A DNA stretch of 64,000 nucleotides from Lytechinus pictus (GCF_037042905.1 NC_087245.1:41108001-41172000); one strand, 5' to 3'; positions 30,101 through 40,592 are shown, counted from the first letter of the stretch. The notes: generated by a model from the letters alone, not told the origin. Made by a program: numbers and translations.

Positions 30101-33100
30101 TAAATCGTAAATTCGTAATTCTTTGTAAGATGGGCCCCTGGTTTGCAATCTCACGATGATCTCTCTCTCTCCCTCTCTGTCTCTCTCTCTCTGTAAATCT
30201 AAATTGTCTATTTTCAAGTTGTTATTTTGCATGGTCTTTGCCCACTTTTAATAACATGACTATTTAAAAATATCATTCGACAATCTATCTTACATTAATA
30301 TATTTTTTTTCATACAGCTTTGCTGATTTTTCAAAATTACTCTTTTTAATACTCAAACACTTTATTTTTTTGTCCATTTGACTTTTAAAATCTTATGATT
30401 TTAATCTTTATTTAATCAATTGCAATCTTTGGAACTTGCCAGAATGATTTGCATAATATGGCCTTATAATGTATCTAGTTTAATAGGCTAGCACCGTCAT
30501 TTTTATACATTGTATTGTTTTAAAACCTAGGTCAAAATCATATATGTATGTGTACATGTTTTTACTTTGTAAATATGATATTGATAAGTCTTCAGACTTT
30601 TGTCATGTAATCATTTCTCACAATAAAACCAAAATTGAATTAAATTGAATTGGACTTTGTACAAGAGCAAATACTACGGCAAACATTAGAAAAGTTTGAG
30701 AAAAAAAGAAAAATTATAAACAGATAGAGGCTTACTCACCATAAAACTGACAAAGCTAGACCCTGCACTCATCAAAGGGCTATAATGTCTGCAAGAAGAA
30801 TAATAGCATACCATGAATGTATACATGTACAGTCAATGACAATCTAACATTACATACTACTGTATGAATGGCTGGTTAATATGATCTACATGTACATTCA
30901 TCCTTTGTATTATAATCATTACAACACAAACATGTACATGTACATAAACAATGTTGTATGTTCAAACAGGTTGTTTCTCAAGACGAGATAGAAATTTCAA
31001 GAACTTTGCATGCAATATTTCCATGCATTGTATTAAAGATATGTCTGTTTGACAATATCACAAAGTACAAACCTTTCAATTCTTTGTGCTACATAGGATG
31101 TGTTACATGTATGTTAAGAGAAAAAAAATCTGAGATTAAATGGATGTTTTTAATCTGCTTAACCCTATTCATAGACTGGGCTATTTCGATGCCTTTATTG
31201 TGGGGAGGGGGCTGATTCAGCCTCCTTATGATCTTGGGCTATTCTTGGCCGTCAATCGCAACAAAAATTGGTGCGCTCATTACCCATGGCATAATCTACA
31301 AAACTATAGGATCGAATTCCGTGAAACATCTCATTGCTAATTAATGCATAAAATCAAAAGTTCACTGGAATTAACTAAATGATGCCCCTAAAATACTAAT
31401 ATTTGGTTCACAGACTCTTTATGAAATCTGATAAAATGTACTTGAAAAAAATTTCAACATCACATCTATCTTTTGTATTCTATTGTTTTCTAAATATTTA
31501 TGTATTTCTTTTTTTGACTTTTTGTTGTTTTCTTTTTCAATGAAAATTGTTGGGACTTTATTTTGACCATAAACAAGATGAAATTAATTGATTTTCATCA
31601 GTAAAAGGAAAAATAATGATACATTTAATGATTTATGAATTTTGGCTAAAAACACTATTTGCATTGGATTTGTACACGAATTCACATTTATGTGCATTTC
31701 TAGGTCTGCATGCACTTACAAAATATTGCTTAATTTCAGAACCATGTACCAGGGCCTGGGGGTCGCAATTTTGGTCTCAAAAGTTGCGCGAGGTTTGAAA
31801 GTAAGAAGTTAGCAAGCGATGCGGTCAACAATTTCTGCGCAGCAGATTTATTGCAACAAATGTTGAGGGGGGGGGGAGCTTATTAAGTCTCCAAATTGTT
31901 TTTTTTTTAATGACTTGAATCAGACTACTTGACTTTTGTTAAAGTTTTGCCTTCATTTTAAACAAGAAACATGAGAAAAAAGTTAGCGTAAAAAAATTAT
32001 CGTAATGATACTCCTTGGAAGACAGGTAGTCTGCAGGCACAGACCCCGATTGAAACATTGATCAACAAGTGGGTCTCCATGCAAAGACTAGAACACATAA
32101 AACTTGCTGTTTCAATGCTGTTTCAATACACAAGGCATTATAGGCTGCACATTGAGACCCTTAACTTGGGGAATCACGCCATGCTATCATGCCATGGACA
32201 CAGAACTCACAGCTTATTCCTATTTTTGAACTCTACATGTTTCATTCAGTGTAAAATAAACAACTCTTTCGCAGCTGTGGTATCATTACTGGCTGTACTG
32301 GAAAGTGCAGTCTAGATATATCTGTAGCAGAGTTTCCAGGTCTTTTTTTCACTAGAGGTGGGCTATATAAATGGGTGATACTTCAACACCAAGTTTTACA
32401 TCTCATATGAGGCAGATTGTTGTCCTATGACACCACTGAAGAAAATTGGTTGAAAAGTGGGACAGTGCAGGCAAAAAGACTATTTTGAAGGATGCATGGC
32501 CTAAAAATACCGAGTCATTGTCTCTTGAGGATGGAATAAGTCCTAATTTACTTTAATTTGAAGGCCTACTGAACTGATTTTGGTGTCTATTTATAAATGT
32601 TTTCTAGCCTGATGAAACCATTGGCATTGTCAACTATGCTTCATCCAACTTCCTTGTATCTTTGGAACAAGTGCAGTATAGGCTAAGTAATATGGAATAA
32701 TAGTTCAATAATAATAATAATAATCATAATAACATTATCATTAATGATAAAAATATAATAATAATAATAATGATAATAATAATTATATTATTATCAACTT
32801 CTTTCTGCTCAAAGTTTGTTACACTCATTCAATGAACAAGGTTATGATATAACCTTGTTCTCAGTTATATCTCCATGTGTGGCAAAATAAGGATGGCAAT
32901 GTTTGGCTTATTTTCTCTTTTTCTTTGGGACAAATTCTTGATTTTTTTTACACTGACAGTTTCCATTACACCTATTTGTCATACAACTTGGCCCTTAAAG
33001 TAAATTTGATTCTTTAAATTATTTTTTCTTAATTAAAAATAGAGATAAAAAAATGAAAATTTTCTTGCCATATTATTTTCCACCAATAATTCAAGTTTTT

Positions 33101-35014
33101 GAGCGCTCTAGTGAATACAAAAATTATTCCCAAGTTACTAATGAAAAATAAATTGCAACTGCACGGAAATTAGTAATTTTGGTCACAAAAGTGATATTTT
33201 AATCATTTTTTAAAGTGTGTGCTCTGTACAGCATTGGCATGCCATAGTCCAACCTGTAGATTCCCCACAGGCAGGGTGGTTGCAGTGAACAAGTGGTTTG
33301 TTACATGTATTTAACAGTGTCCAGTGTAGACCCTACATGATTACAAGTATTAAGAACCTATTGTTTAATTTTTGTGCAGATTTGATCAAGTAAATGTGCT
33401 TGACAATATTCGGAGGGGGGGGGGCAGTCAAATGTATTGCTACACATGCAGATTTTCAAAACAAAGGATGGTTTTGAAAGACTGGTCAGTGGTCAATCGC
33501 GGGGTCAAATGTTAGTATTTAGGGTATTTTTTTTTCCAAAGCTTTTTTTTTAAGACTAGCCAAACATGTTTAGGGTATGTTTTTTCCCCAAGCTTTTCCC
33601 CTGGGGCTTCTTCCTCCTCGTTTCTGAAAAGTGTTTGGGCTCGAGACAAAACTTGTTTAACCTTATGGGTCATATTCTAGAGACAACTTGTTTAGGGGCA
33701 AAAATGTGTAAAGCCCACAAAAACTTAGGGGTTATTTTGCTCACAGAGAAAAACTCGTTTAGGGGGTGTTCGGAAATTATTTGGTCACGCATGTGTACAG
33801 CAATACATTTGACTGCCCCCCCCCCCGGGACAATATTCAATAGACCAACAAGTATTACATAGTCCGGAGGGGGGGGGGGGTGTGCAGAATATTTGGTGGT
33901 CTTCTTTGCTTTAATTTTAGACTAGATATGATTATCATTAAAGGGGTATACTCTGGGCTGAAAATAATCATATCCAGATCTAGATCTAAATAAACTTGAG
34001 TAAAACACTGAACATTTCATCTGATAAAAGATAACATTGTAAAACATCTGCATGTAGTCATGAATAGGCAATGCAATATTTACTATATAAATCTACAATG
34101 TAGATGTGCACAGACATGACAGATGTCTCTACAGTAACTTAGTCTTAGACTAAGTACTACTTAGTACTAGCGTAATGAAATAAGTTGCAGCAATGATTTA
34201 TCTCACACTTTACAGTAAGTCCTGTCTACATATTTAAATTGGTTGTCAATCCATTGATTATTTAAAAAAAATCAACAATTATAATTTATGATCAGCTTGC
34301 TTATTGCATTATATTAATTATGCATACAAATGTTTCACTGAAATAATGCAATATATTATGAATACGAGGCTGTCGCAAAAGGAACTTTTCCCTATGCAAA
34401 TCTTAAAAATATCACAACAGGCTTAAGTTCAAAATCGTGTCAATCATGGCTCATTCATTGTCAATCTTTAAATATCTGTTTATCCTTTTTGACTTTTGTT
34501 TACCGTATCAATCTTCTTCTTCTTCTTCTGGAAACAGTACAGTCCACCGTCTGGTGTATTGTCGTATACCCAGTTGTTGTGTGTCCGGACAGGTTGTGTG
34601 TCCGGACGATCAATTTTAGAAAGTCATTTGGAAAAAATTACAAGCGAAGTTTCATCAAATTTTAGTTTAAAAATTTAGAAAATATTATAGAGAACAAAAT
34701 AGAAGATGATTACAACTATTGAATTCATATTTTTAGTGTAATCTAATGACAAAAAAGAAGGCTTCAAAAATATAAAGTGTCCGGACACCCGATCCCCCAT
34801 CCTACTGGTATTTTCAATTTCATGTCTGTAAATAATTTCAGCTTCAGCCTGGACATGATGGAGTAACATAACTAACAAAAACTCACCTGTATTTGGAAAA
34901 TATTTCCATCGCTTCTTTAAAGCCATTGTTGAGCAGAAGGTTGATGCCTTCAAGTGATAACTTCACATCATCAATTTCCTCGGATTGAGTCCTACCGGTA
35001 CTCGCGGCCGCCAT
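15062..35014 (-). CDS. TTC39C: Tetratricopeptide repeat protein 39C orthologue; 11 coding exons, 1812 nt, ~603 aa (gene-level span)
   Basis: Exons 35014-34887, 30788-30740, 28340-28089, 27654-27206, 26577-26409, 25307-25106, 22380-22147, 21274-21174, 16957-16853, 15557-15519 and 15145-15062. All introns are GT-AG with consistent phases. Motifs recalled from vertebrate TTC39C: GINLLLNNGF, SPLMS, ADCQLY, RLKGGVSFGYG, DMKAPLA, LLWYHTVVRPFF, CLYELGW, ESRW.Q.YYAYLTA, IEVLYLWKA, PYACFELG, YDFEQRLSVRIHAAL. Confidence 0.95.
15519..15557 (-). CDS. TTC39C: TTC39C coding exon 10 (TASKGKSLILKAK)
   Basis: 39-nt phase-0 exon bounded by ACAG and GTAGG; matches the G+.LLLQAK segment. Confidence 0.88.
15667..16244. 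mobile_element. Kolobok-like palindromic MITE
   Basis: TTAA TSD, AGG...CCT termini and long imperfect TIRs. Same family as 22530-23127. Confidence 0.8.
16853..16957 (-). CDS. TTC39C: TTC39C coding exon 9 (CFEDCMSRSSSKEPEAHAAPYACFELGAMLAGGQA)
   Basis: 105-nt exon, CAG/GTATG boundaries, PYACFELG motif. Confidence 0.92.
17053..17331 (+). mobile_element. tRNA-derived SINE
   Basis: A box TGGCTCAGTGG, B box GGTTCAATCCC, central CAACCCAGGTG...AAATAGGTACC, (ATT)n tail. Second copy at 25905-26165. Confidence 0.8.
17912..20397. mobile_element. 2.5-kb non-autonomous TIR DNA transposon with 8-bp TSD (P-element- or hAT-like)
   Basis: ~55-bp TIRs beginning CAACGAACGTAGAGGGCAGCAACAC (first 25 nt a perfect inverted match). 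Perfect TSD ATTGAAAC at 17904-17911 and 20398-20405. Confidence 0.9.
18251..19150 (-). mobile_element. 5'-truncated L2-clade LINE (RT C-terminal region) nested in the TIR element
   Basis: WMIVNKLKLNDKKTEF, IRNLGVIFD, LVLSRIDYCNGLL, LHWLP, WNDLP, FKKSLKTHLF; (TAA)n tail at 18251-18275. Confidence 0.9.
20637..20909. mobile_element. ~270-bp Harbinger-like MITE
   Basis: TIRs GGGCCCCGTCTTACAAAGA.TTACGATTG / CAATCGTAACTCTTTGTAAGATGGGGCCC; multiple copies in the window. Confidence 0.85.
21174..21274 (-). CDS. TTC39C: TTC39C coding exon 8 (ECDVAESDKSHRTLISLLKGAIHRCLGNVEIAMQ)
   Basis: TTTCACAG/GTGAG boundaries; GAIH.CLGN motif. Confidence 0.93.
21436..21651. mobile_element. hAT-like MITE
   Basis: TIRs CAGGGGGCAGATCCAGG / CTTGGATCCGCCAGCG; flanks ACGTATGT / ACGTATAT (7/8 TSD). 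Confidence 0.7.
21700..22042 (+). mobile_element. Short L2-like LINE 3' fragment
   Basis: Translates as ...GKHAFLATAPRAWNNLPNSIKNA...FKKKIKKHL, followed by a UTR and a (TTA)n tail. Confidence 0.7.
22147..22380 (-). CDS. TTC39C: TTC39C coding exon 7 (CQGALGQ...IEVLYLWKAMPDC...)
   Basis: TTCCAG/GTAAAT boundaries; KNNQLESF and IEVLYLWKA motifs. Confidence 0.94.
22530..23127. mobile_element. Kolobok-like palindromic MITE
   Basis: TTAA on both flanks; homologous to 15667-16244. Confidence 0.8.
25106..25307 (-). CDS. TTC39C: TTC39C coding exon 6 (GNLDGALKTY...ESRWAQSYYAYLTA)
   Basis: TTACAG/GTATG boundaries; QREIQLICLYELGWC motif. Confidence 0.95.
25510..25760 (-). mobile_element. tRNA-derived SINE (second family), degenerate copy
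   Basis: Aligns along its length with 26626-26895. Confidence 0.7.
25905..26165 (+). mobile_element. tRNA-derived SINE (same family as 17053)
   Basis: TGGCCCAGTGG A box, GGTTCGAATCC B box, CAACCCAGGTGAGGTAAATGGGTACC, (ATT)n tail. Confidence 0.8.
26177..26348. mobile_element. ~170-bp palindromic MITE (second copy at ~63250-63424)
   Basis: GGGGCCGTTTCACAAAGCTG.TCGTAAGTTAAGAGCGA ... TCGCTCTTAACTTACGAACAGCTTTATGAAAC. Confidence 0.75.
26409..26577 (-). CDS. TTC39C: TTC39C coding exon 5 (LTLLWYHTVVRPFFG...GRVQKLE)
   Basis: CAG/GTTTG boundaries; LLWYHTVVRPFF and AYPNS motifs. Confidence 0.95.
26626..26895 (-). mobile_element. tRNA-derived SINE with a tRNA-Met-like head
   Basis: Minus strand reads GTCGTGTGGTAACTTGGTTAGAGCATTGGACTCATAATCGCAAGGTTGTGAGTTCGAATCCTCAC, with a short-repeat tail. 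A head-only copy lies at ~54742-54822. Confidence 0.75.
27206..27654 (-). CDS. TTC39C: TTC39C coding exon 4 (GGWLIRKG...DMKAPLA)
   Basis: ATACAG/GTAAG boundaries; RLKGGVSFGYG and PPNLL..NLLGF motifs. Confidence 0.95.
28089..28340 (-). CDS. TTC39C: TTC39C coding exon 3 (NALMTYEDDK...GFIK)
   Basis: TTTCAG/GTGAG boundaries; RLQRRILSADCQLY motif. Confidence 0.95.
28700..29190 (+). mobile_element. Decayed LINE RT 3' fragment
   Basis: Frameshifted remnants IRP..EFAVPAWASSIT and IELVQKRA. Confidence 0.45.
29855..30138. mobile_element. ~270-bp Harbinger-like MITE
   Basis: Same TIRs and internal sequence as 20637-20909, in the opposite orientation. Confidence 0.85.
30740..30788 (-). CDS. TTC39C: TTC39C coding exon 2 (HYSPLMSAGSSFVSFM)
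   Basis: 49-nt exon, TTGCAG/GTGAGT boundaries, phases fit both neighbours; SPLMS.G.SFVSF motif. Confidence 0.93.
31160..31880. mobile_element. piggyBac-like element, related to 9402-10108 in reverse orientation
   Basis: TTAACCCTATTCATAGACTGGGCTAT end; internal AT-rich segments match the reverse complement of 9690-9760. Confidence 0.6.
33411..33828. mobile_element. ~420-bp MITE with 9-bp TSD (Mutator-like)
   Basis: TIRs CGG(G)nCAGTCAAATGTATTGCT / AGCAATACATTTGACTG(C)nGG; GACAATATT on both flanks. Inverted copy at 57632-58074. Confidence 0.8.
34887..35014 (-). CDS. TTC39C: TTC39C first coding exon (MAAASTGRTQSEEIDDVKLSLEGINLLLNNGFKEAMEIFSKY)
   Basis: ATG in GACATGG context with an upstream in-frame stop; donor AG/GTGAG. 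Candidate acceptor at 35151-35150 implies an upstream non-coding exon. Confidence 0.9.
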
Positions 35015-35399
35015 GTCCGAGTCTGATGTTGGTGTATTACTGTCGCCGAAGTTCCCCGTTGTTATCGACTCTGTCACCGCTCATCAGATATTGCAGATTG
35101 TGACTGCGTCAGGATGCGTTGTGCGAGCCGTGTAGTTTCTCCCAACTGTCTGAATGTGAGACAAAAATGACAAGTCAATAATAATGGCCTACAGATATTA
35201 AATAGGCAGGATCATATTTGTAGAAATTGTTCTATTCTTATTCTTTAATACTCTACTCTTCTCACCAACGTATTAAAAAACGTTATGAACGCCCAATTTG
35301 TCGACCGCCATCTGTCGTTGAATGTACTGTGTTAATGAAGGAGATATATAAGAAAGATCTATACACACGTCTTGATGATAGGCCACGGATACGGTCTTT

Positions 35400-35930
35400 C
35401 GTAGTACCGGTATGCATGAGGTTACTACACGAAAATTTAGAGAGAGATATCTCGATTCGCAAGTTCTTTACATCAGCGCGCCGCGACGATCCACGACGTG
35501 ACAGAAAGAAAAGTCGTGCGGATTTAGCATCATCATCAGCGCAGCGAGAAGTCGCAGTCCCACACTGCCATTTTCCCCTTCAATTAGGGAATTAGACTAC
35601 GAATTAAGACGACCCAAGTAGCAGATGGTAAATTTCTATTTGGGTACCTCACCAGGAATTAGTTGGCAAAGTTCAAGTCATGTACCAGTGGTATGACTTT
35701 ATAATTCATTTATTTATTTTTTCTTTTCTAAATTTTATCTTCGTTCGGGCCTCGCTCGGCTTTGCCTTGCGTTGTTGCAGCATGCGCAGCGAAGTGAATG
35801 CAATGACCAATACGCTGCTGCGCTGTACTGCATTATGGCACGGTAGTTCAATATCTTATGAAGTCAGCAACGTCAACAGCAGTCTGTCACGCCTAACGCT
35901 AAAACTAAGCTAAGCCCGTCGGGTCTCACA
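35400..35930. promoter_or_regulatory. CpG-enriched region upstream of TTC39C; probable promoter or first non-coding exon
   Basis: Local CpG enrichment against an AT-rich background; candidate minus-strand donor CCTG/GTGAGG at 35652. Confidence 0.4.
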
Positions 35931-36366
35931 CTATGCAATCCGGTGTGATGAAATTTTTCAAGAAATTGCATTTTGTATTCAATATGAAAGTTCCAAGACC
36001 AAGAAGTAAAATTATTTTATTTAGAGTGTGGCATATTGTTAGGAAAACTAAAATCATATTTTTTATTTTACTTTGCCAGTTTGCGGCAAGCCTAAGGCTT
36101 AACTTAAGCCAGGTTAAGTTATGCCGAACTTATGGTCGGAGTAAAGACAGTCTAAATTACTTTACTTACTTTACTTTTACTTTAAGTCCACGATGCTGTA
36201 GGCTTGAGTTGAGTGCCTGTTCATCGATCGTAGTATCTCCTCTGGTGGTAGTACAGTATCCATGTTATTAAAACAAAATATATATACCGGTACTTAACAC
36301 GAGAAAGGACTATCAGAAGTTTGTACATGTGTGCTAAAAACCTTGGGAAAACAAAGACAATACTGC

Positions 36367-39250
36367 CTACACTGGCTTATAGAGCAAATCATAATTCTTT
36401 GACCAGTGCCTATCTAGACAAATTTTGAAGGAGTTGACTGAAGAGGCTGAAACAACACTGTCAGGAAGACTATTCCACATATCTACAACTCTGTTACTGA
36501 AAAAGTACTTTCTAATATCAAGCCTAGAAAATTTCTTTTCCAACTTCAACCTATGACCTCTAGACCTCCTTTGCGACTTAGTGAAAAGGTTGTGTTGTGT
36601 GTAATATATTCCAGTCATGTACTTGTAGACATCAATCATGTCACCTCTCCTTCGCCTATGAGCAAGACTCGGTAATTTTAGTTTCATGAGACGTTCCATA
36701 TAAGACAGATTTCTAAAACCTGGAATCATTTTTGTGGCTCGCCTCTGAACACTTTCTAACTTTCTTTGTTCACTCAATTTATGTGGTGACCATGCGGCTT
36801 GTCCATACTCTAATAGGGGTCTGATAAGACCTTTAAACAAATATGACATTGTAACTGCATCCAGACAAACAAAAGATCTTCTAATGATTCCTAAGACTCT
36901 TGTTTCCCTTTAATGCTGCTTGTGACACTTGGTCTTTAAAAGACAGCTTTGAATCAATTAATATCCCTAGGTCTTTTTCTGCTTGTACCTCCTTAAGAGT
37001 AATTAGATTAGACTCTCCTTTCATGTAATACTGGGTCTGCTCTTCCGTACTGTTTTTTCCTAGCTTTAAGACGGTGCATTTATCCGGATGGAATCGTAGC
37101 TGCCATTTTTTAGCCCACTCTTCTAAAAGGGAGATATCTTTTTGGAGTTGTTTGACACCAACAACACTATCAGAACGTACATACATCTTTGTATCATCTG
37201 CAAACATTACAATATTAGACTTAACAACACTTGGCAGATCATTGACAAAAACCAAAAAGAGGGTCGGACCCAACACACTACCTTGCGGTACGCCGCTCAG
37301 TACTTCTCCCCAAGATGACGATTTTCCACCAACAACTACACGCTGCCGTCTTCCCGTTAAAAAAGACATAAGCCATACGTGGAGTTTACCACAGATACCG
37401 AAGGATTCCAACTTTAGAAGGAGACGCCGATGAGGCACCGTATCAAACGCTTTCATGAGGTCCATGTATATGGCATCAATTGTACCACCCTCATCCAGTA
37501 CCTGTGTCCACTCATCAAGCACCTCTAAAAGATTAGTGACAGTTGATCTTCCATCAACAAAGCCATGTTGACACATAGAAATTAAATCATTCTCTACCAA
37601 ATATACACACAATTTATCACAGATTAACTTCTCCATAATTTTACAAACAATGCTTGTTAGACTCACTGGTCTATAGTTTTTACAATCAGCCTTACTGCCT
37701 TTCTTGAATATAGGTGAAATATTAGCAGACTTCCAATCCAATGGTAACAAGCCACAATTCATACTCTTGTTAAACAGTAAGGACAACGGCAGCGCCAATA
37801 CATCAGCCAATTCTCTCAATGGAAAAGGATGAAGACCATCAGGTCCAGGAGATTTATTAGTCTTCAAATTTGACAACAACTTAAAAACATCGCCTGAAGT
37901 TATTTCAACATCACTAAGAGGGGAATCATAATGCATTTCCTGTGAGAGGGGAGGAATATCATGAACATTCTCCTTTGTGAAAACAGACGAAAAAAAGGCC
38001 TGCAAAATCTCTGCCTTGTCCTGGTCAGAAGAGGTAACACTTCCGTCTTCCTTTGTAAGATTTGCTACATTTTCGCGAGTTGTTGTCTTTGATTTGACAT
38101 ACGACCAAAAACCTTTTGCATTTCGTTTGACACCTGAAGCAATTGAGCGCTCAAAATCACTAGCAGCTTTCCGACAATACCACCTCGCCTGATTACTTGC
38201 CCTCTTATAGCGTTCTTCCTGTTTTTTGAGCTCTGAGGGAGTATATTTTCCATAACTTTTCTGACTATGCATGTAGCGCCACTTTCTGAACTGCCTGTGT
38301 TTCTCTCGAACAAGATCAAGTGTTTTTCCTTTGACCCATGACTTATTTCGTGTATGTTCTCTATATTTTTTCTTAGGTATGTAGCGATCAAATACATCAA
38401 GCAACGTTTTCTTGAAAAAGATCCATGAGTCCTCCATTGACTTTACAGAGAATTCATCAGCCCATTCAATATCAACTAACTTATCATGCATGGCATCATA
38501 GTCTCCTTTACCATATACCAGTCGTTCTCGATCATCGAGCCTCGAACGGCCACCAACTTTCAAGTTAAAAATCAGAGTACAATGGTCACTTTTACCACGA
38601 CCTGCTGAAGTAACAATACTCGAGATAGCACTCTCATTTAGAGTAAAGACAAGATCTAAAACATTTGAACGCTGACCTTCACGGTGGCGTGTAGGCTTAA
38701 CCTGGTGCTGAATCAGAAATGCATCTTTACTACAGTCCAAAAACTTATGAGCTGGGTGCTCTTCACCAGATGAACATGACTCCAGCTCCCAGTTAATTTC
38801 TGGGTAATTAAAGTCCCCAAATAACAAAACTTCCTGAAATTTGCTTTGTCCTATTTCCTGAAGTAACAAACATAATTTATCATTGATTTCATCACTTGCA
38901 TTAGGGCTTCTATACACCAGACCAACTAAAAGAGAACCGCCATCTTTCAGTCCCACACAAGCAAACACTGCTTCCTTAAAAGCAAGATGAGAAAAACCTA
39001 CATATACCTCTGCTTTGAGGTCTTTAGAAATATACAAACAAACACCACGACCAGCGTCATGAAGATTATGAAAAACATCAAAACCATCCAGCTTAACTTC
39101 AGCTGGGTCAACACTATAACGCGAATTTTTAGGTTTGACTTCACTTAAACCAATAACATGAGGATGATGCAATGAAATGAAAGTTTCTAACTCGTGTCTC
39201 TTATTTAACAATGAATCTACATTAGTATATACACATTTTACTTGACCTAC
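36367..39250 (-). CDS. CR1 ORF2: AP endonuclease + reverse transcriptase, interrupted by a +1 frameshift at ~36900
   Basis: CVYTNVDSL, GLSE, GRGV, YRSPN, GDFNYP, LDLVF, SDH (endonuclease); NYRPVSLTS, QHGF, KAFDTV, GVPQGSVLGP, FADDTK, EKDLG (RT); RRRGDMI, RGH.LKL, FSNRVV..WNSLP (CR1 C-terminus). Confidence 0.93.
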
Positions 39251-39252
39251 AC

Positions 39253-40476
39253 CTAAGGACGAGCACCTATTAGAGGAAAATCCTCGTTGCTCGCTAGATT
39301 TGGAGGAGTCGGCGTGTTTACCCTGACTCTTTCTCTGACAACTTCCTCCTTTTTTTGAAACTGACTTTGATTTTGCACATTACCACGACTAGGACTTTGA
39401 GATTGGTTTTGTCGCCTTTGCGCTTCTGAAATGTACATACCTATGTTAACCACTTTGCCTCTTCTCCTTACCCACTGGGCATTCACATCACCTTGTTGGA
39501 TAGATTCCTCTTTCTTCCTCTGCCATTCTTTGCGCAAGGTATTTTCTTCTTCCCTTTGCATTGGGGTGAGGTCTTTACGGATAACGACTCGCTTTGTATT
39601 GTCAAAGTGTTTTAGTTTAGGCGCACATTGTAGGATGGCATCTCTTTGCCCAACAGTGGCCGTGCTAATCCGAACAGGCCTAGGCTTAGCAGCTGCAACC
39701 TCACGTCTATATTTTCCAAGTCGTCTACAATCAGTGATGGTGACCGCAGGGGTCTCAATTTGAGCAAGCATTGCATTAACAAGTTCCACATCCTCATTCT
39801 TTCTGATATCCACATCAGCACTGTCACTTTCCTGGATATTAAAAATGATAGCATTCATTTTTCTATCCTCCCTCTCTAATATTTCGTTTACGCAGGGGCC
39901 AATACTCGCATTCACAGGATCCTCATGGTTCCGTTTCAACAGATCCAGCTCTGATTGAACAGACGTCAACTGAGTTTGAATGGAAACAACCTCAGATCTA
40001 TCTGCTTTCAGTTCCAGCTTACTGTTAAGCTGTTGGACACTAGCTGCCAACATTTGCATAGTCTGGTCTAACTTGCTCTCAATACTTGCTAATCTGTCAA
40101 CAGGTAATTGCGCCTGAGCAGACTGATCTACGACACCACCATTAGTACATCTACCGACGTGTTGAGAATTTACGCAAGAAGGGCATTTCCACTGAATTTC
40201 AGGTTTAGACAACAATTTCTTTTCTGACTTATTGTATGGCAAGCACTTATAGCACATCCACCCACCACAGCAATCACATTCTAGCATTTCAACAGAAGAG
40301 TTGCCGTACAATGTGCCACAAGGCCCAATACATCGTGAATCGTCTTCAGAGTCATTGACATATCCCCTTTTTTTGCTCGAGTTGGAGCGAGCCTTACTAA
40401 TGCTAGAACTATGTCTATGACTTTGAGACTGTGATTGAGAAGTCTCCAAATTTTCTATATCATTTCCGCTAGCCAT
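39253..40476 (-). CDS. CR1 ORF1 (407 aa): PHD-like zinc finger, coiled coil, LINE ORF1-type C-terminal domain
   Basis: CxxxC...CDCC..WMCYKC...WKCPSC, a heptad-rich middle region, and NAIIFNIQE, RRLGK, PRPVRI, IRKDLTP motifs. Confidence 0.88.
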   Translation of the reverse strand: MASGNDIENLETSQSQSQSHRHSSSISKARSNSSKKRGYVNDSEDDSRCIGPCGTLYGNSSVEMLECDCCGGWMCYKCLPYNKSEKKLLSKPEIQWKCPSCVNSQHVGRCTNGGVVDQSAQAQLPVDRLASIESKLDQTMQMLAASVQQLNSKLELKADRSEVVSIQTQLTSVQSELDLLKRNHEDPVNASIGPCVNEILEREDRKMNAIIFNIQESDSADVDIRKNEDVELVNAMLAQIETPAVTITDCRRLGKYRREVAAAKPRPVRISTATVGQRDAILQCAPKLKHFDNTKRVVIRKDLTPMQREEENTLRKEWQRKKEESIQQGDVNAQWVRRRGKVVNIGMYISEAQRRQNQSQSPSRGNVQNQSQFQKKEEVVRERVRVNTPTPPNLASNEDFPLIGARP

Positions 40477-40551
40477 GCTGCAGCAATAATATTGAAAAAG
40501 CCTAGCAAAAGTGAGAATCTAATGTCAGACCACGGCACTAGTAACGTTAAC

Positions 40552-40592
<41 letters not shown>

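Noticed and set aside
34570..34800. Three copies of the palindrome TGTCCGGAC(A)
   Set aside because: Probably subterminal repeats of a decayed MITE; element boundaries could not be defined.
35015..35077. GTG-initiated N-terminal extension of TTC39C from the ORF track
   Set aside because: Non-AUG start from the ORF caller; the ATG at 35014 has good context and suffices.
37074..39879. Antisense and alternate-frame ORFs within the LINE
   Set aside because: Shadow ORFs of a real coding sequence, with no independent motifs.
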